Source of the DNA: an uncultured delta proteobacterium
GTDB taxonomy: Bacteria > Desulfobacterota > Binatia > Binatales > Binataceae
Direction: 5' to 3'
NCBI GenBank assembly: GCA_963808235.1
Contig: CAWEEQ010000004.1
Coordinates: 640,001 to 704,000 of the forward strand
DNA: 64,000 nt
The notes below the pieces were generated by a model that worked only from the letters and a program-made list of their open reading frames with translations, made no database searches and was not told where the DNA came from. Within the stretch, counting starts at the first letter, position 1. Each line of letters opens with the position of its first letter. The translations under genes were made by a program, and so were the position numbers. This document shows, one piece after another, positions 54,645 to 64,000 of the stretch.

Positions 54645-55589
54645 TCAACTCGCGAGTGCGTTGTAATGCACGTCGGTGAGTTGCTCGGAGACCTCCCACA
54701 GCCGCTTTGCCGACGCGGCGTCACTGGCAGCCGCGCTGCGTCCGACTTTTGCAGGGTGCCCCCGAAACTCGCCCATCCCGTCGGGGCCGATGTAGTCGTT
54801 GCCGGCGACGGCGGGCGACGTGGCGGCATACTCGGTCGGCAACGCACCCATCGCAGCGCTTTGCGCGAGCAGTCTATTACCGAGCTCGGAAAGATATTCC
54901 ATCGTCGACGATCCCGACATCTTCGGTCCCACGGCCTGCAGATTGGTGGCCGCGTATCCGGGATGGCATGCGACGCTCAAGAATTTCTTCCCGGCTGAAT
55001 CGGCTTTTCGCTGCAGCTCCGAGGTGAACAACAGGTTGGCAAGCTTGCTCTGCCCGTAAGCTCTCCACTTGCCGTAGCCGTTCTTCAATTGCAGGTCGTC
55101 GAAGTGCATCCGGCCCATCCGATGCGCGCCGCTGGCTACATTGACCACTCGCGCGCCATCGGTCGCGAGGAGCAGATCGAGCAGCAGGCCCGTGAGCGCG
55201 AAGTGACCTAGATGATTGGTGCCGAACTGCATCTCGAACCCGTCAGTGGTGAGCCGATACGGGATCGCCATGACGCCGGCGTTGTTGCATAGCACGTGCA
55301 GCGCGTGATGCTGCACGTGGAATGCGTCGGAGAAAGCGCGAATCGATGCGAGGCTCGAAAGATCGAGCGCCATCACCTCGACGTCGGCGCTGGCTGACGA
55401 TGCGGTTATCCGATCGGCCGCGGTGCGCGCCTTTCCGAGGTCGCGACAGGCGAGGATTACCTTAGCCCGCTTGCGCGCGAACTCGAGTGCAGCCTCGTAG
55501 CCGATACCACTATTGCCGCCGGTTACGACTATCGTCTTGCCGGACAGATCCGGGATGTCATCGCTGGTCCAGGCGTTCTGATTGGGCAT
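54645..55589 (-). CDS. Short-chain dehydrogenase/reductase (retinol dehydrogenase-like)
   Basis: TGGNSGIG, NNAGVM, FGTNHLGHF and YGQSK (YxxxK). Confidence 0.92.
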   Translation of the reverse strand: MPNQNAWTSDDIPDLSGKTIVVTGGNSGIGYEAALEFARKRAKVILACRDLGKARTAADRITASSASADVEVMALDLSSLASIRAFSDAFHVQHHALHVLCNNAGVMAIPYRLTTDGFEMQFGTNHLGHFALTGLLLDLLLATDGARVVNVASGAHRMGRMHFDDLQLKNGYGKWRAYGQSKLANLLFTSELQRKADSAGKKFLSVACHPGYAATNLQAVGPKMSGSSTMEYLSELGNRLLAQSAAMGALPTEYAATSPAVAGNDYIGPDGMGEFRGHPAKVGRSAAASDAASAKRLWEVSEQLTDVHYNALAS

Positions 55590-55682
55590 GTGCGCGTTCC
55601 CCTCGGCGCGAGTATACGAGTGCTACCGCACGATCACCAAGCGGGTGTAAATTGCCGCCAGATCAAACCTCGGAGAAAGACG

Positions 55683-56495
55683 ATGGCTCAGTACGTCACA
55701 GTCGAGCGCCCGCGCGAAGGCGTTGCGCTGATCACGATGGCCAATCCGGCGATCAACAATCACGTATCGTGGAAAGGAGTCGGCGAGCTTGCCGCCGCGA
55801 TGAAGGAAGCGCGCGAAAACGGCGCGCGGGTGACGGTTCTGGCGTCCGGAGTCGCTGGGCATTGGTTCGAGCATGCATGGCTGCAAGATCTTGCCCACGC
55901 AATCGAAGGCAAGCCTACGACCGGCGAAGGCGCGTCATGGTTTAACGCGCTGCATGAGATAGGCGGGACCCAGGTCGTGAGTATCGCAGCAATTTCGGGA
56001 GACTGTTCGGGCGGCGGCGCCGAACTTGGATGGGCGTGCGACCTTCGTATCGCGGAGGAGCAGGCGCTGTTCGCGCAGCCCGAGATTCAGATCGCGCTGA
56101 CCACGGGAATCGGCGGCACCAGCCGTCTCGCGCGATTGATCGGACGCAGCGCGGCCGCGGAGATGGTGATGCTTGGGCGCCCGATGACGGCGCGGCGCAT
56201 CTACGAGCTCGGCGGAGTGAACGAAGTTGTGCCAGCAGGCAAGGCGGTCGAAGTCGCGCTGGAGTGGGCGGGCACGCTCGCCGGACGTCCGCCGAAAGCG
56301 CTCGCGGCGCTGAAGCAAATTCTGATCGACAACGATGACATGAAGATGAGCGACGCGCTGACCAATGAGCAGCGGTTGTTCCAGTCGGTGGCAAACACTC
56401 CGGAAGCGATTCAGACGATGCGCATGATACAGGGGCGCTTCGATGCCGGCGAGAGCATCCGCAAAGTCTACGGACTGCCGCGCGGCGCAAAGTAG
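55683..56495 (+). CDS. Enoyl-CoA hydratase/isomerase family protein (divergent)
   Basis: AAISGDCSGGGAEL..ACDLRIA, QPE and GGTSRL.RLIG. Confidence 0.82.
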   Translation: MAQYVTVERPREGVALITMANPAINNHVSWKGVGELAAAMKEARENGARVTVLASGVAGHWFEHAWLQDLAHAIEGKPTTGEGASWFNALHEIGGTQVVSIAAISGDCSGGGAELGWACDLRIAEEQALFAQPEIQIALTTGIGGTSRLARLIGRSAAAEMVMLGRPMTARRIYELGGVNEVVPAGKAVEVALEWAGTLAGRPPKALAALKQILIDNDDMKMSDALTNEQRLFQSVANTPEAIQTMRMIQGRFDAGESIRKVYGLPRGAK

Positions 56496-56562
56496 TTGGC
56501 CGTAACTTTTTCGCACCGCGTCGGTTTTAGTGGCACGGAGGTAACGCCAGCATCGCGGACTC

Positions 56563-57840
56563 ATGAGCGAATCGAAACAGACCGCGGCTCCACGCCGCGC
56601 CGCACTGATCTTTATCTTCGTCACGGTCGTGCTGGACATGCTGGCGCTCGGAATGATCGTGCCGGTGCTGCCGAAGCTGGTCGAGGATTTTGTCGGCGGC
56701 AACACCGCTCGCGCGGCGGAGATATATGGATTGTTCGCCACCGTCTGGGCGCTGATGCAGTTCATTTTCTCGCCGGTACTTGGCGCGCTGTCCGATCGCT
56801 ACGGGCGCCGGCCGGTCATCCTGCTCTCAAATTTCGGACTCGGCCTCGACTACCTGGTAATGGCGTTGGCGCCGAGCGTCGGTTGGCTGTTCGTCGGGCG
56901 TGTGATCTCCGGAATCACCGCGGCCAGCTTCTCGACCGCATACGCATACATCACCGACGTGACGGTGCCGGAAAAACGCGCCGCGAGTTTCGGGATGCTG
57001 AGCGCGGCCTTCGGACTGGGCTTCGTACTCGGCCCGGCGATCGGCGGAGTGCTGGGTAACATTGATCCTCGGCTGCCGTTCTGGGTCGCCGCGGGATTCA
57101 GCCTGGTGAATTACATGTACGGCCTGCTGGTGCTGCCCGAGTCTTTGCCGCTCGAGCGGCGCGAGCGCTTTTCGTGGCGGCGCGCGAACCCAATCGGCTC
57201 GATTACGCTGTTGCGATCGCATCGCGAGCTATTTGGTCTCGCAATCGTAAATTTCATCGGCAATATCGCGCACGAAGCGCTGCCGACGACGTTCGTGCTC
57301 TATGCCATGTATCGCTACGGATGGAACGAGCGCACGGTGGGGCTCGCGATCGCAGCGGTCGGCGTGTGCTCCGCCGTGGTCGGCGCCGGTCTCGTGGAAC
57401 CGTTCGTTGCGCGCCTCGGCGAGCGCCGCGTTATGCTCATCGGACTAGTGTTCGGCATCGTCGGGTTCACACTCTATGGATTCGCATCGACGAGCGCTCT
57501 GTTCTGGGCAGCTCTTCCGGTGAATGCGCTGTGGGGACTCTCCAGTCCGCCGATGCAGGGCATGATGACGCGGCGCGTGAGTTCGTCAGAGCAGGGACAG
57601 CTTCAGGGCGCGCTCAGCAGTCTGCGCGGCATCGCGTTCATGATCGGACCGTTGCTATTCACGACCGTCTTCGCGAGCTTCATCGGTGCGAATCGCGACT
57701 GGCATCTTCCCGGCGCCCCCTATCTGCTTGCGGCACTCCTGCTTGCGGGCGCGATGTGCGTGGCGTGGCAGGTCACTCGTCCGCGCTTGAGCGCGCCGGA
57801 GCCCGCACTTACACCGGCCGTGGCAGATTCGAGCAACTAG
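56563..57840 (+). CDS. MFS transporter, TetA/TCR-like DHA1 family
   Basis: About 12 TMs; LGALSDRYGRRPV motif A, GRVISGIT, GFVLGPAIGG motif C and QGQLQG. Confidence 0.9.
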   Translation: MSESKQTAAPRRAALIFIFVTVVLDMLALGMIVPVLPKLVEDFVGGNTARAAEIYGLFATVWALMQFIFSPVLGALSDRYGRRPVILLSNFGLGLDYLVMALAPSVGWLFVGRVISGITAASFSTAYAYITDVTVPEKRAASFGMLSAAFGLGFVLGPAIGGVLGNIDPRLPFWVAAGFSLVNYMYGLLVLPESLPLERRERFSWRRANPIGSITLLRSHRELFGLAIVNFIGNIAHEALPTTFVLYAMYRYGWNERTVGLAIAAVGVCSAVVGAGLVEPFVARLGERRVMLIGLVFGIVGFTLYGFASTSALFWAALPVNALWGLSSPPMQGMMTRRVSSSEQGQLQGALSSLRGIAFMIGPLLFTTVFASFIGANRDWHLPGAPYLLAALLLAGAMCVAWQVTRPRLSAPEPALTPAVADSSN

Positions 57841-57918
57841 CAGATGGCAATGATCGGACTTCTCGGATAAAGTGCGGAAGCATGAATTTTCGTTCGGCAT
57901 TTTTCGGGGGAGTTGCAA

Positions 57919-60900
57919 ATGGCGTCAGGGCGGGGGTCCGTAGTTTTCGCACAGAATTGGCTTAGGGCTTTACTTCCAATCGTTGTAGCCGCGTTTTTGC
58001 TCGCGGTACCATTCGTAGAACAGATATCGGCGGATAACTCGTTCGCCGCGGAGCCGCCTGCAGCCGATATCGATACCTGCGCAGGCGGAGTCCTGACGCC
58101 GGCGAAGATGCCACCAATAGGCGCCGTCAAAGACCTGGAAGTGACCGGTGATTGCGAGGTGCCGGCCGGCAACTACTATTACGGCAACGTAAATATCTAC
58201 GTTAAGAACAGCGGCGTCGGAAATCTGAGCTTCGACGATGCGACGACTAACTTCTGGGCCAATTCGATCCTGGTCGAAAATGGAGGGACGTTAAGAGCCG
58301 GTATATCGAAAGATGGCGCCACCATCACACCAATCGGCACCAATGGAGTACTGACGATCCATCTCTATGGAGCGGAAGACAAAGACCCCAGGCATGGAGT
58401 GGGAATCCTCTGCAAAGAGGGTTCGATGTGCGGCGTTGACCCAACCACATGGAAGTCGAACATCGGCAACACCGATACGAAAAAGTGCACGGTGACGAAG
58501 AAGCTGCCCGGTGGAGTCGACGATTGTTTTTACGCCTACAAGTCATTGAACTTTGACGATGGAGATACCAACGCCTACTTCGGATACAAGGTCCTGGCGG
58601 TCTCCTTTGGCGGCTCACTGAGACTATTTGGCAAGAAAGGCGCGTCGTACGACACGATCACGAATAACGATCCTTCTAACTCCGGCACCAGCTGGGTACG
58701 CCTGGCGGCAAATCTGCAAGGCGGCGGCAAAGATACCTCGATCACGCTGGATAGAGCGGTAGATTGGAAAGACGGCGATCAGATCGTGATCATGAGCACC
58801 GACTACATGCCCGGACATGCCGAGCTGCTAACGCTCGATGGAGATGCAAACGGAAACACCATCAAAGTCAAAGCGCCCGGGGTCCAGTATGCCCATCAGG
58901 GCATGAGGTTCCCGTTGTTGTCGAGAGATCCGAAAATTCCCGATCGCCTGGGACTAGACCCTAACCTGGTAACCAATGGAATTGAGAACCGGGCTGCCGT
59001 AGGGCTGCTATCGCGAAGCATCAAAATTGTCTCGGGCGGCAACGGTCCGAACGTTGATTTCCCCGGTTTGCCCAGCACCTATTCCTTTGGCGGTCATACC
59101 ATCGTTCGCCAGGGGTTCAGGAACTACCAGGTGCAAGGGGTGGAGTTCTCTCAACTGGGAGAAGGCGGAAAGATCGGACACTATCCGGTGCACTTTCACC
59201 TGGCCCGCAAGACAGCGCGGACGGATCCTACGCAGAACGCCTTCGTCAAGGATTGCTCGATCTGGGATTCGATGACGCGATGGATCGTGATTCACGGAAC
59301 CCAGGACATTACGCTGGCGCGCAACGTCGGGTACGAGTCGATCGGACACGGCTACTATCTCGAGGACGCGTCCGAAATCAACAACAAGCTCTATTCCAAC
59401 TTGGGGATACTCGCGCGTGCCGCCGTGGACAACGTGCAGAATCCACGTAAGGTCCCCGGCATCCTCGCAGCGGATTTTCCTCCGGTAAACGGCATTGCTC
59501 CGGAAAGGCGCATACGGCAGGAATTCGTCCCCTACCATTCCGACATCGATCATCCGAGCGTGTTCTGGATGACCAACGGATGGAACGATTTCGAATACAA
59601 CGTGGCCTCGGGGGCCGGCACCTGCGGTGTTTGCTATTGGCTGGTGCCGGCATGGAACAGCGGTCCGTCGAGCAAGATGGCATGGCAGTCTTACGCGGCA
59701 GAGCAGCGCGAATCCGATCGAGTAGCCACATCGCCGCTGCAGAAGTTCCTGGGCAATTCGTGCTCATCGGCGATGACCTCCTTTCAGACCATCGGAGACT
59801 CATCGGCATGTCTCGGAGTGGTCAACAATGACGACCCGCAGAATCTCTTCCCGGTCATGCCGAGCCTCCACAATGACTTCGCAAAGCAACTGCCCAAGTC
59901 CCGCACCGATAAGGATTTCGATCTGACTAAGGCAGAAATCGCCGACCTCGCGACCTACTATCCCAATGTCAGCGCGGGCGGAGGACGGTTCGCAACCAAA
60001 TGTCCGGATGTTGACCCAACCAAACCCTTTGATCCCAAAACAGATTGTGGCGACAGGATAACGGTCAAAGCGTGCAGTCAATCAGACGAGTCGAACTGCA
60101 TGCCCACCGTTCTGGATCACTACACCTCATCGTTCAACTGGGCTCACTTCAACCTCGCGGCTATCTGGCTCCGGCCGCAGTGGTCGCTTGTGATCAACAG
60201 CGCGATTACCGACGTACAGGGCGGGGGTCTCTCGTTCGTAACCGGCGGCGGTTACACCCACTCCGATGAGATACCTGGCTACTGGGGGCTGGCGCTGAAG
60301 AATATTTTTGTCGGCGCGACACAGCCGAGCAACCCGTACGCGTTCGCTGGCGGGCCGTTCAACCCGAAGACTGCCGCGATGATGCCTCCATTCAAAATAA
60401 GCTGCGCGGCGCAGACCAACAACGGCTTCGTCGGGAACTACTGTCTGGATACGGATCAGGGCGTCAGCTTCCCGATCACCTCCTTTGGCGGCAATCAGCG
60501 TTTCTTCAACATCTACGACGGTCCGTCCTATCAAGACTCGAACGCTTACCTGGACATCAAGAAGACGACCGGTCTCGACTGCACATCAGGACCCGGGGGA
60601 TGTTTCGGCAGCCAGTGGCCGAATGCGCGCGGGCTCGGCACTCCGCAAGACAATACGATTTCGGGAACCGACAACTGCTATCTACCCAACGCGGCCATCG
60701 CGTGGAAGCAGCCAAACGGATTCTACTATCCGCCGGCGTTCCATTCGAAGAATCTGTTTTTCGACAATGTAGATATTCGCCATTTTGTGATTGAGCCGTT
60801 ATTCAAGCCGGGCACTTTCGACACCGACGATAGTGCTGTCACGACGCACTACTGTACGGGCGCCCCCGGCATGTTCATCGATTTTACCGATGTCGATCGG

Positions 60901-62061
60901 CAGACCGAACTCGACGACGACGACGGCTCGCTGACCGGCCTGGCGCAGACCATATCGGTCAATCTGGATCCATTCTTCACGGCACCGGTCGAGACGGTGG
61001 AATGTCAGTCCGGACCGTTCCTCGAAAAACCTGCTGCTCCCACACTGCCGCCCGGAACGGCGAAGACCAGTCCTTACGAGTACGTTACCACCGCGATATA
61101 TCCAAAGTGCTTTGCCAGTGACCCTGGCAGCGACAAATGCAATAAAATTCTCGAGGGCTCCGATCCACCTACCATCGATCCAACTACCATATGGAGAAAG
61201 GAGTGCTCTAACTCGGTCTGTTATGGCGTGCCGCTTTACAGGCAGTACCTGACCAATCAGGAAAAGAACGGACCTCCGATGCCCGCAGCGCTACCGACGC
61301 CGAGTATCAAAATGATGGGGCAGGACCAGGCCCAACGGAGCAGCCTTACGGTCAACAACGCTACGTACTACATTGATACGACAATGACCGCGGCAGACCA
61401 GGTTGCGGCGCCACGCGCGATTGCATCAAATGTCTTCCGGAAAAATCAGACCTATTATCTATATTTGCTATTCGCCAAGCCCAACACGAAGCAGACCTAC
61501 CAGTTGTATGTGGGGCAGGATCCCGATTGGAAACCAGACGCGAATGTTCAATTGGTTCGCGCCGAGTTTCCTGATTTTCCGTACCACTTTAAGAAAGGTA
61601 CCTGGCCCGCACAGTGGAACCGCGATGGCTACGATCCGGGCACGGGCATTGAGACTATAACCATAGACATGAACGGCTACGCCGACTTCTTGACTGATTT
61701 CAATAAGTCGAAAGTAAATGAGTGCGCGCCGGTAAGCTACTGTGCACCAACCGGGACGAATAACGCGTGCACTTGCCAGTTGGCTAAGGATCCAAAAAAT
61801 CCGCAACAGTTCATAGACTGCCAGTCGGTTTGCACCAACTGGGCGAACAAGGACGTTGAGTGCCCGAACGGCCAATGCTTTGGCTTCGCGGTTACACTAT
61901 CCGATAAGTTCGAGCCTATTCCGAAGGCGCAGCCTCGTCCTCAGCCGACTCCAGGGTGTTTTCCGAATAACATCTTCAACATTCCCGTGACGCCGGCCTC
62001 AGACGACCTCGCCGGGACCTGTGCCAATCCGCTTCTTCCAATCACTCAGCTATGCAATTGA
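57919..62061 (+). CDS. Large secreted G8-domain / parallel beta-helix protein (CEMIP/TMEM2/fibrocystin-like)
   Basis: Signal peptide; G8-like ILVENGGTL.AG...LTIHLYG; RAAVGLLSRSIKI, FGGH, GVEF..LG....GHYPVHFH, RWIVIHGT and GHGYYLED motifs; Cys-rich. Confidence 0.8.
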   Translation: MASGRGSVVFAQNWLRALLPIVVAAFLLAVPFVEQISADNSFAAEPPAADIDTCAGGVLTPAKMPPIGAVKDLEVTGDCEVPAGNYYYGNVNIYVKNSGVGNLSFDDATTNFWANSILVENGGTLRAGISKDGATITPIGTNGVLTIHLYGAEDKDPRHGVGILCKEGSMCGVDPTTWKSNIGNTDTKKCTVTKKLPGGVDDCFYAYKSLNFDDGDTNAYFGYKVLAVSFGGSLRLFGKKGASYDTITNNDPSNSGTSWVRLAANLQGGGKDTSITLDRAVDWKDGDQIVIMSTDYMPGHAELLTLDGDANGNTIKVKAPGVQYAHQGMRFPLLSRDPKIPDRLGLDPNLVTNGIENRAAVGLLSRSIKIVSGGNGPNVDFPGLPSTYSFGGHTIVRQGFRNYQVQGVEFSQLGEGGKIGHYPVHFHLARKTARTDPTQNAFVKDCSIWDSMTRWIVIHGTQDITLARNVGYESIGHGYYLEDASEINNKLYSNLGILARAAVDNVQNPRKVPGILAADFPPVNGIAPERRIRQEFVPYHSDIDHPSVFWMTNGWNDFEYNVASGAGTCGVCYWLVPAWNSGPSSKMAWQSYAAEQRESDRVATSPLQKFLGNSCSSAMTSFQTIGDSSACLGVVNNDDPQNLFPVMPSLHNDFAKQLPKSRTDKDFDLTKAEIADLATYYPNVSAGGGRFATKCPDVDPTKPFDPKTDCGDRITVKACSQSDESNCMPTVLDHYTSSFNWAHFNLAAIWLRPQWSLVINSAITDVQGGGLSFVTGGGYTHSDEIPGYWGLALKNIFVGATQPSNPYAFAGGPFNPKTAAMMPPFKISCAAQTNNGFVGNYCLDTDQGVSFPITSFGGNQRFFNIYDGPSYQDSNAYLDIKKTTGLDCTSGPGGCFGSQWPNARGLGTPQDNTISGTDNCYLPNAAIAWKQPNGFYYPPAFHSKNLFFDNVDIRHFVIEPLFKPGTFDTDDSAVTTHYCTGAPGMFIDFTDVDRQTELDDDDGSLTGLAQTISVNLDPFFTAPVETVECQSGPFLEKPAAPTLPPGTAKTSPYEYVTTAIYPKCFASDPGSDKCNKILEGSDPPTIDPTTIWRKECSNSVCYGVPLYRQYLTNQEKNGPPMPAALPTPSIKMMGQDQAQRSSLTVNNATYYIDTTMTAADQVAAPRAIASNVFRKNQTYYLYLLFAKPNTKQTYQLYVGQDPDWKPDANVQLVRAEFPDFPYHFKKGTWPAQWNRDGYDPGTGIETITIDMNGYADFLTDFNKSKVNECAPVSYCAPTGTNNACTCQLAKDPKNPQQFIDCQSVCTNWANKDVECPNGQCFGFAVTLSDKFEPIPKAQPRPQPTPGCFPNNIFNIPVTPASDDLAGTCANPLLPITQLCN

Positions 62062-62330
62062 GAACGAACACTAAAGGAGCGCTACTTGCGACTGCGGTTG
62101 CGATTGCATTCGTCGCGACCCCAGTCCGCGCCGAAGACTCCAAGTCGAAAGATCGGCCGGCTTTCGTCGCGTGTCTCGGCGCCAATACCTGCAAGGGACA
62201 AAGCGCCTGCAAGAGCTTCGACCACGATTGCCAGGCGATGAATTCATGCAAGGGCAAGGGCTTCATCATGACGACTGAAAAAGAATGCAAAGATAAAGGC
62301 GGCAAGATCATCGACGCCGAAGATATGTAG
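62052..62330 (+). CDS. BufA2-like (bufferin-type) Cys-rich secreted peptide
   Basis: Signal peptide; CLGANTCKGQSAC...C...NSCKGKGF....EC...GG six-Cys pattern. Confidence 0.75.
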   Translation: MQLRTNTKGALLATAVAIAFVATPVRAEDSKSKDRPAFVACLGANTCKGQSACKSFDHDCQAMNSCKGKGFIMTTEKECKDKGGKIIDAEDM

Positions 62331-62449
62331 AAGATCTCGAAAAACGCCGCTCTCCCATCTCGCCGACATTGTCTTCTCGTCGAGCGTTAAGTCCCGCATT
62401 GCGATAGACTGAAACAATTCGGGCCCCGGCCTCAGCAGGAGCAAATAAC

Positions 62450-63469
62450 ATGCAGATGGGAATGATCGGTCTCGGCAGAATGGGTGCGAACATGGTGCGG
62501 CGCCTGGTCCGCGGCGGCCACCAATGCGTCGTGTTCGACGTGAGCCCCGATGCGGTGAAGCAACTGGCGAAGGAGGGCGCTACCGGCGCCGCGTCGCTGG
62601 ACGATTTCGCGGCCAAGCTCAACAAGCCGCGCGCCGCATGGATGATGGTGCCGGCGGCCGTAGTCGAGCAGACCGTCGCCGACCTGTCGAGCCGATTCGA
62701 GAAGGGCGACATCATCGTCGACGGAGGCAATTCGTACTACATCGACGATATCCGGCGCGCCGAAGCGCTCAGGGCCAAGGGGATCCATTACGTCGACTCG
62801 GGCACCAGCGGCGGAGTCTGGGGACTCGAGCGCGGCTACTGCCAGATGATCGGCGGCGAGACCGAGATCGTGAAGCATCTCGATCCGATCTTCGCAACGC
62901 TCGCGCCCCGGCTCGGACTCGGCGCCGCGCACTCCCGGTCGCGAAAAGGTCAAGGGCAGTACCGCCGAACACGGCTACCTGCACTGCGGACCTAACGGCG
63001 CGCGGCCATTTCGTGAAGATGGTCCACAACGGAATCGAGTACGGGATCATGGCGGCCTATGCCGAGGGGATGAACATCCTGCGCAATGCGAACGTCGGCA
63101 AGCAGACGCATGCCGCCGACGCGGAGACCACGCCGCTGCGCAATCCCGAGACTGTATCAGTACGATTTCAACTTGACCGACATTGCGGAGGTCTGGCGCC
63201 GCGGCAGCGTGATTGCGTCGTGGCTGCTCGATCTGACCGCCGACGCGCTGCTCGGGGATCCGGAACTGAAGAAGTTCGCTGGGCGGGTTTCCGATTCTGG
63301 CGAAGGCCGCTGGACGATTGACGCGGCTATCGACGAAGGAGTGCCGGCTCACGTGCTGACCGCGGCGCTTTACGAACGGTTCAGCTCGCGCGGCGCAGCC
63401 GACTTCGGCGACAAGCTGCTCTCGGCGATGCGCTACGAATTCGGCGGGCACATCGAGAAGAAAGCTTAA
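62450..63469 (+). CDS. gnd: 6-phosphogluconate dehydrogenase, decarboxylating (short type); three apparent +1 frameshifts
   Basis: [37 protein letters not shown] and AMRYEFGGH motifs split across frames at ~62908, ~63002 and ~63150. Confidence 0.92.
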
Positions 63470-63481
63470 GGGGTACTTGCG

Positions 63482-64000
63482 ATGCCGGCTTCAGACCCAG
63501 CGAACGCATCCGGCCACTCCGCGCAGGGACGGCCCGCAGATCCGTGCGTGTTCGTTATCTTCGGAGCGACCGGCGATTTGACCAAGCGGTTATTGATGCC
63601 GGCGTTGTATAATCTGTACGCCGGCAAGCTGCTGCCGGACAATTTCGCCGTCGTCGGCGTCAGCAATATAGAGATGAGTTCCGAGGATTTCAGCAAGCAG
63701 CTCGGCGAAGAGATCAAACAATTCGCTACTACCAAGGTCAGTCCTGAGCTCTGGAAATGGTTCGACCAACGGCTCTTATACCTGTCGGGCGACTTCAAGG
63801 ATCCTGCGACCTATCAGCGGATCAAGTCGGAGCTCGGGACCGCCGACAAGCTGCACGGCACGCCCGGAAACTACCTGTTCTACAACGCGGTGTCGCCAAC
63901 TTATTTCGGCGAGATCGTCAAGCAGCTGGCTCAGGCGGGACTGACCAAAGAAACCGACGGAAATTGGCGCAGAGTGATCATCGAGAAGCCGTTCGGTCAC
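63482..64000 (+). CDS. zwf: Glucose-6-phosphate 1-dehydrogenase, 3'-truncated by the window edge
   Basis: Manual translation: MPASD...PCVFVIFGATGDLTKRLLMPALYNL...WRRVIIEKPFGH; absent from the ORF track because there is no stop in the window. Confidence 0.95.
   Translation, partial: MPASDPANASGHSAQGRPADPCVFVIFGATGDLTKRLLMPALYNLYAGKLLPDNFAVVGVSNIEMSSEDFSKQLGEEIKQFATTKVSPELWKWFDQRLLYLSGDFKDPATYQRIKSELGTADKLHGTPGNYLFYNAVSPTYFGEIVKQLAQAGLTKETDGNWRRVIIEKPFGH

Noticed and set aside
56563-57840. Acquired tetracycline-resistance determinant
   Set aside because: No tetR, IS or integron context, and codon style matches the core genome; best treated as a chromosomal TetA-like MFS of unknown substrate.

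Overview
GC-rich bacterial chromosome segment, probably Candidatus Binatota/Binataceae or a similar deltaproteobacterial-like soil lineage (inferred from 16S signatures and gene style, not from a database search). It holds a complete rRNA operon (16S-tRNAIle-tRNAAla-23S-5S), acs, a vapBC-type toxin-antitoxin pair and a prkA-yhbH/yeaH-spoVR operon. It also holds two ABC permeases, a TonB/TBDR locus with a CxxC...RAPP leader ORF, a long run of lipid/acyl-CoA catabolic enzymes, several accessory secreted proteins, and gnd plus the start of zwf. Best candidate for a new system: a small GIY-YIG nuclease gene inserted in the prkA operon and bracketed by 33-bp palindromic repeats that show compensatory base changes and recur elsewhere in the window without the gene (REP/REPIN-like, but with a GIY-YIG partner instead of a RAYT). 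Other notable signals: (1) a 1.8-kb secreted-protein cassette flanked by ~75-bp direct repeats that copy the start of the neighbouring permease gene; (2) tandem trypsin-like proteases with a prodomain-like module at the C-terminus; (3) a CEMIP/TMEM2-like G8 protein overlapping an orphan BufA2-like Cys-rich peptide. Four genes carry single-base frameshifts that are most likely sequencing errors.
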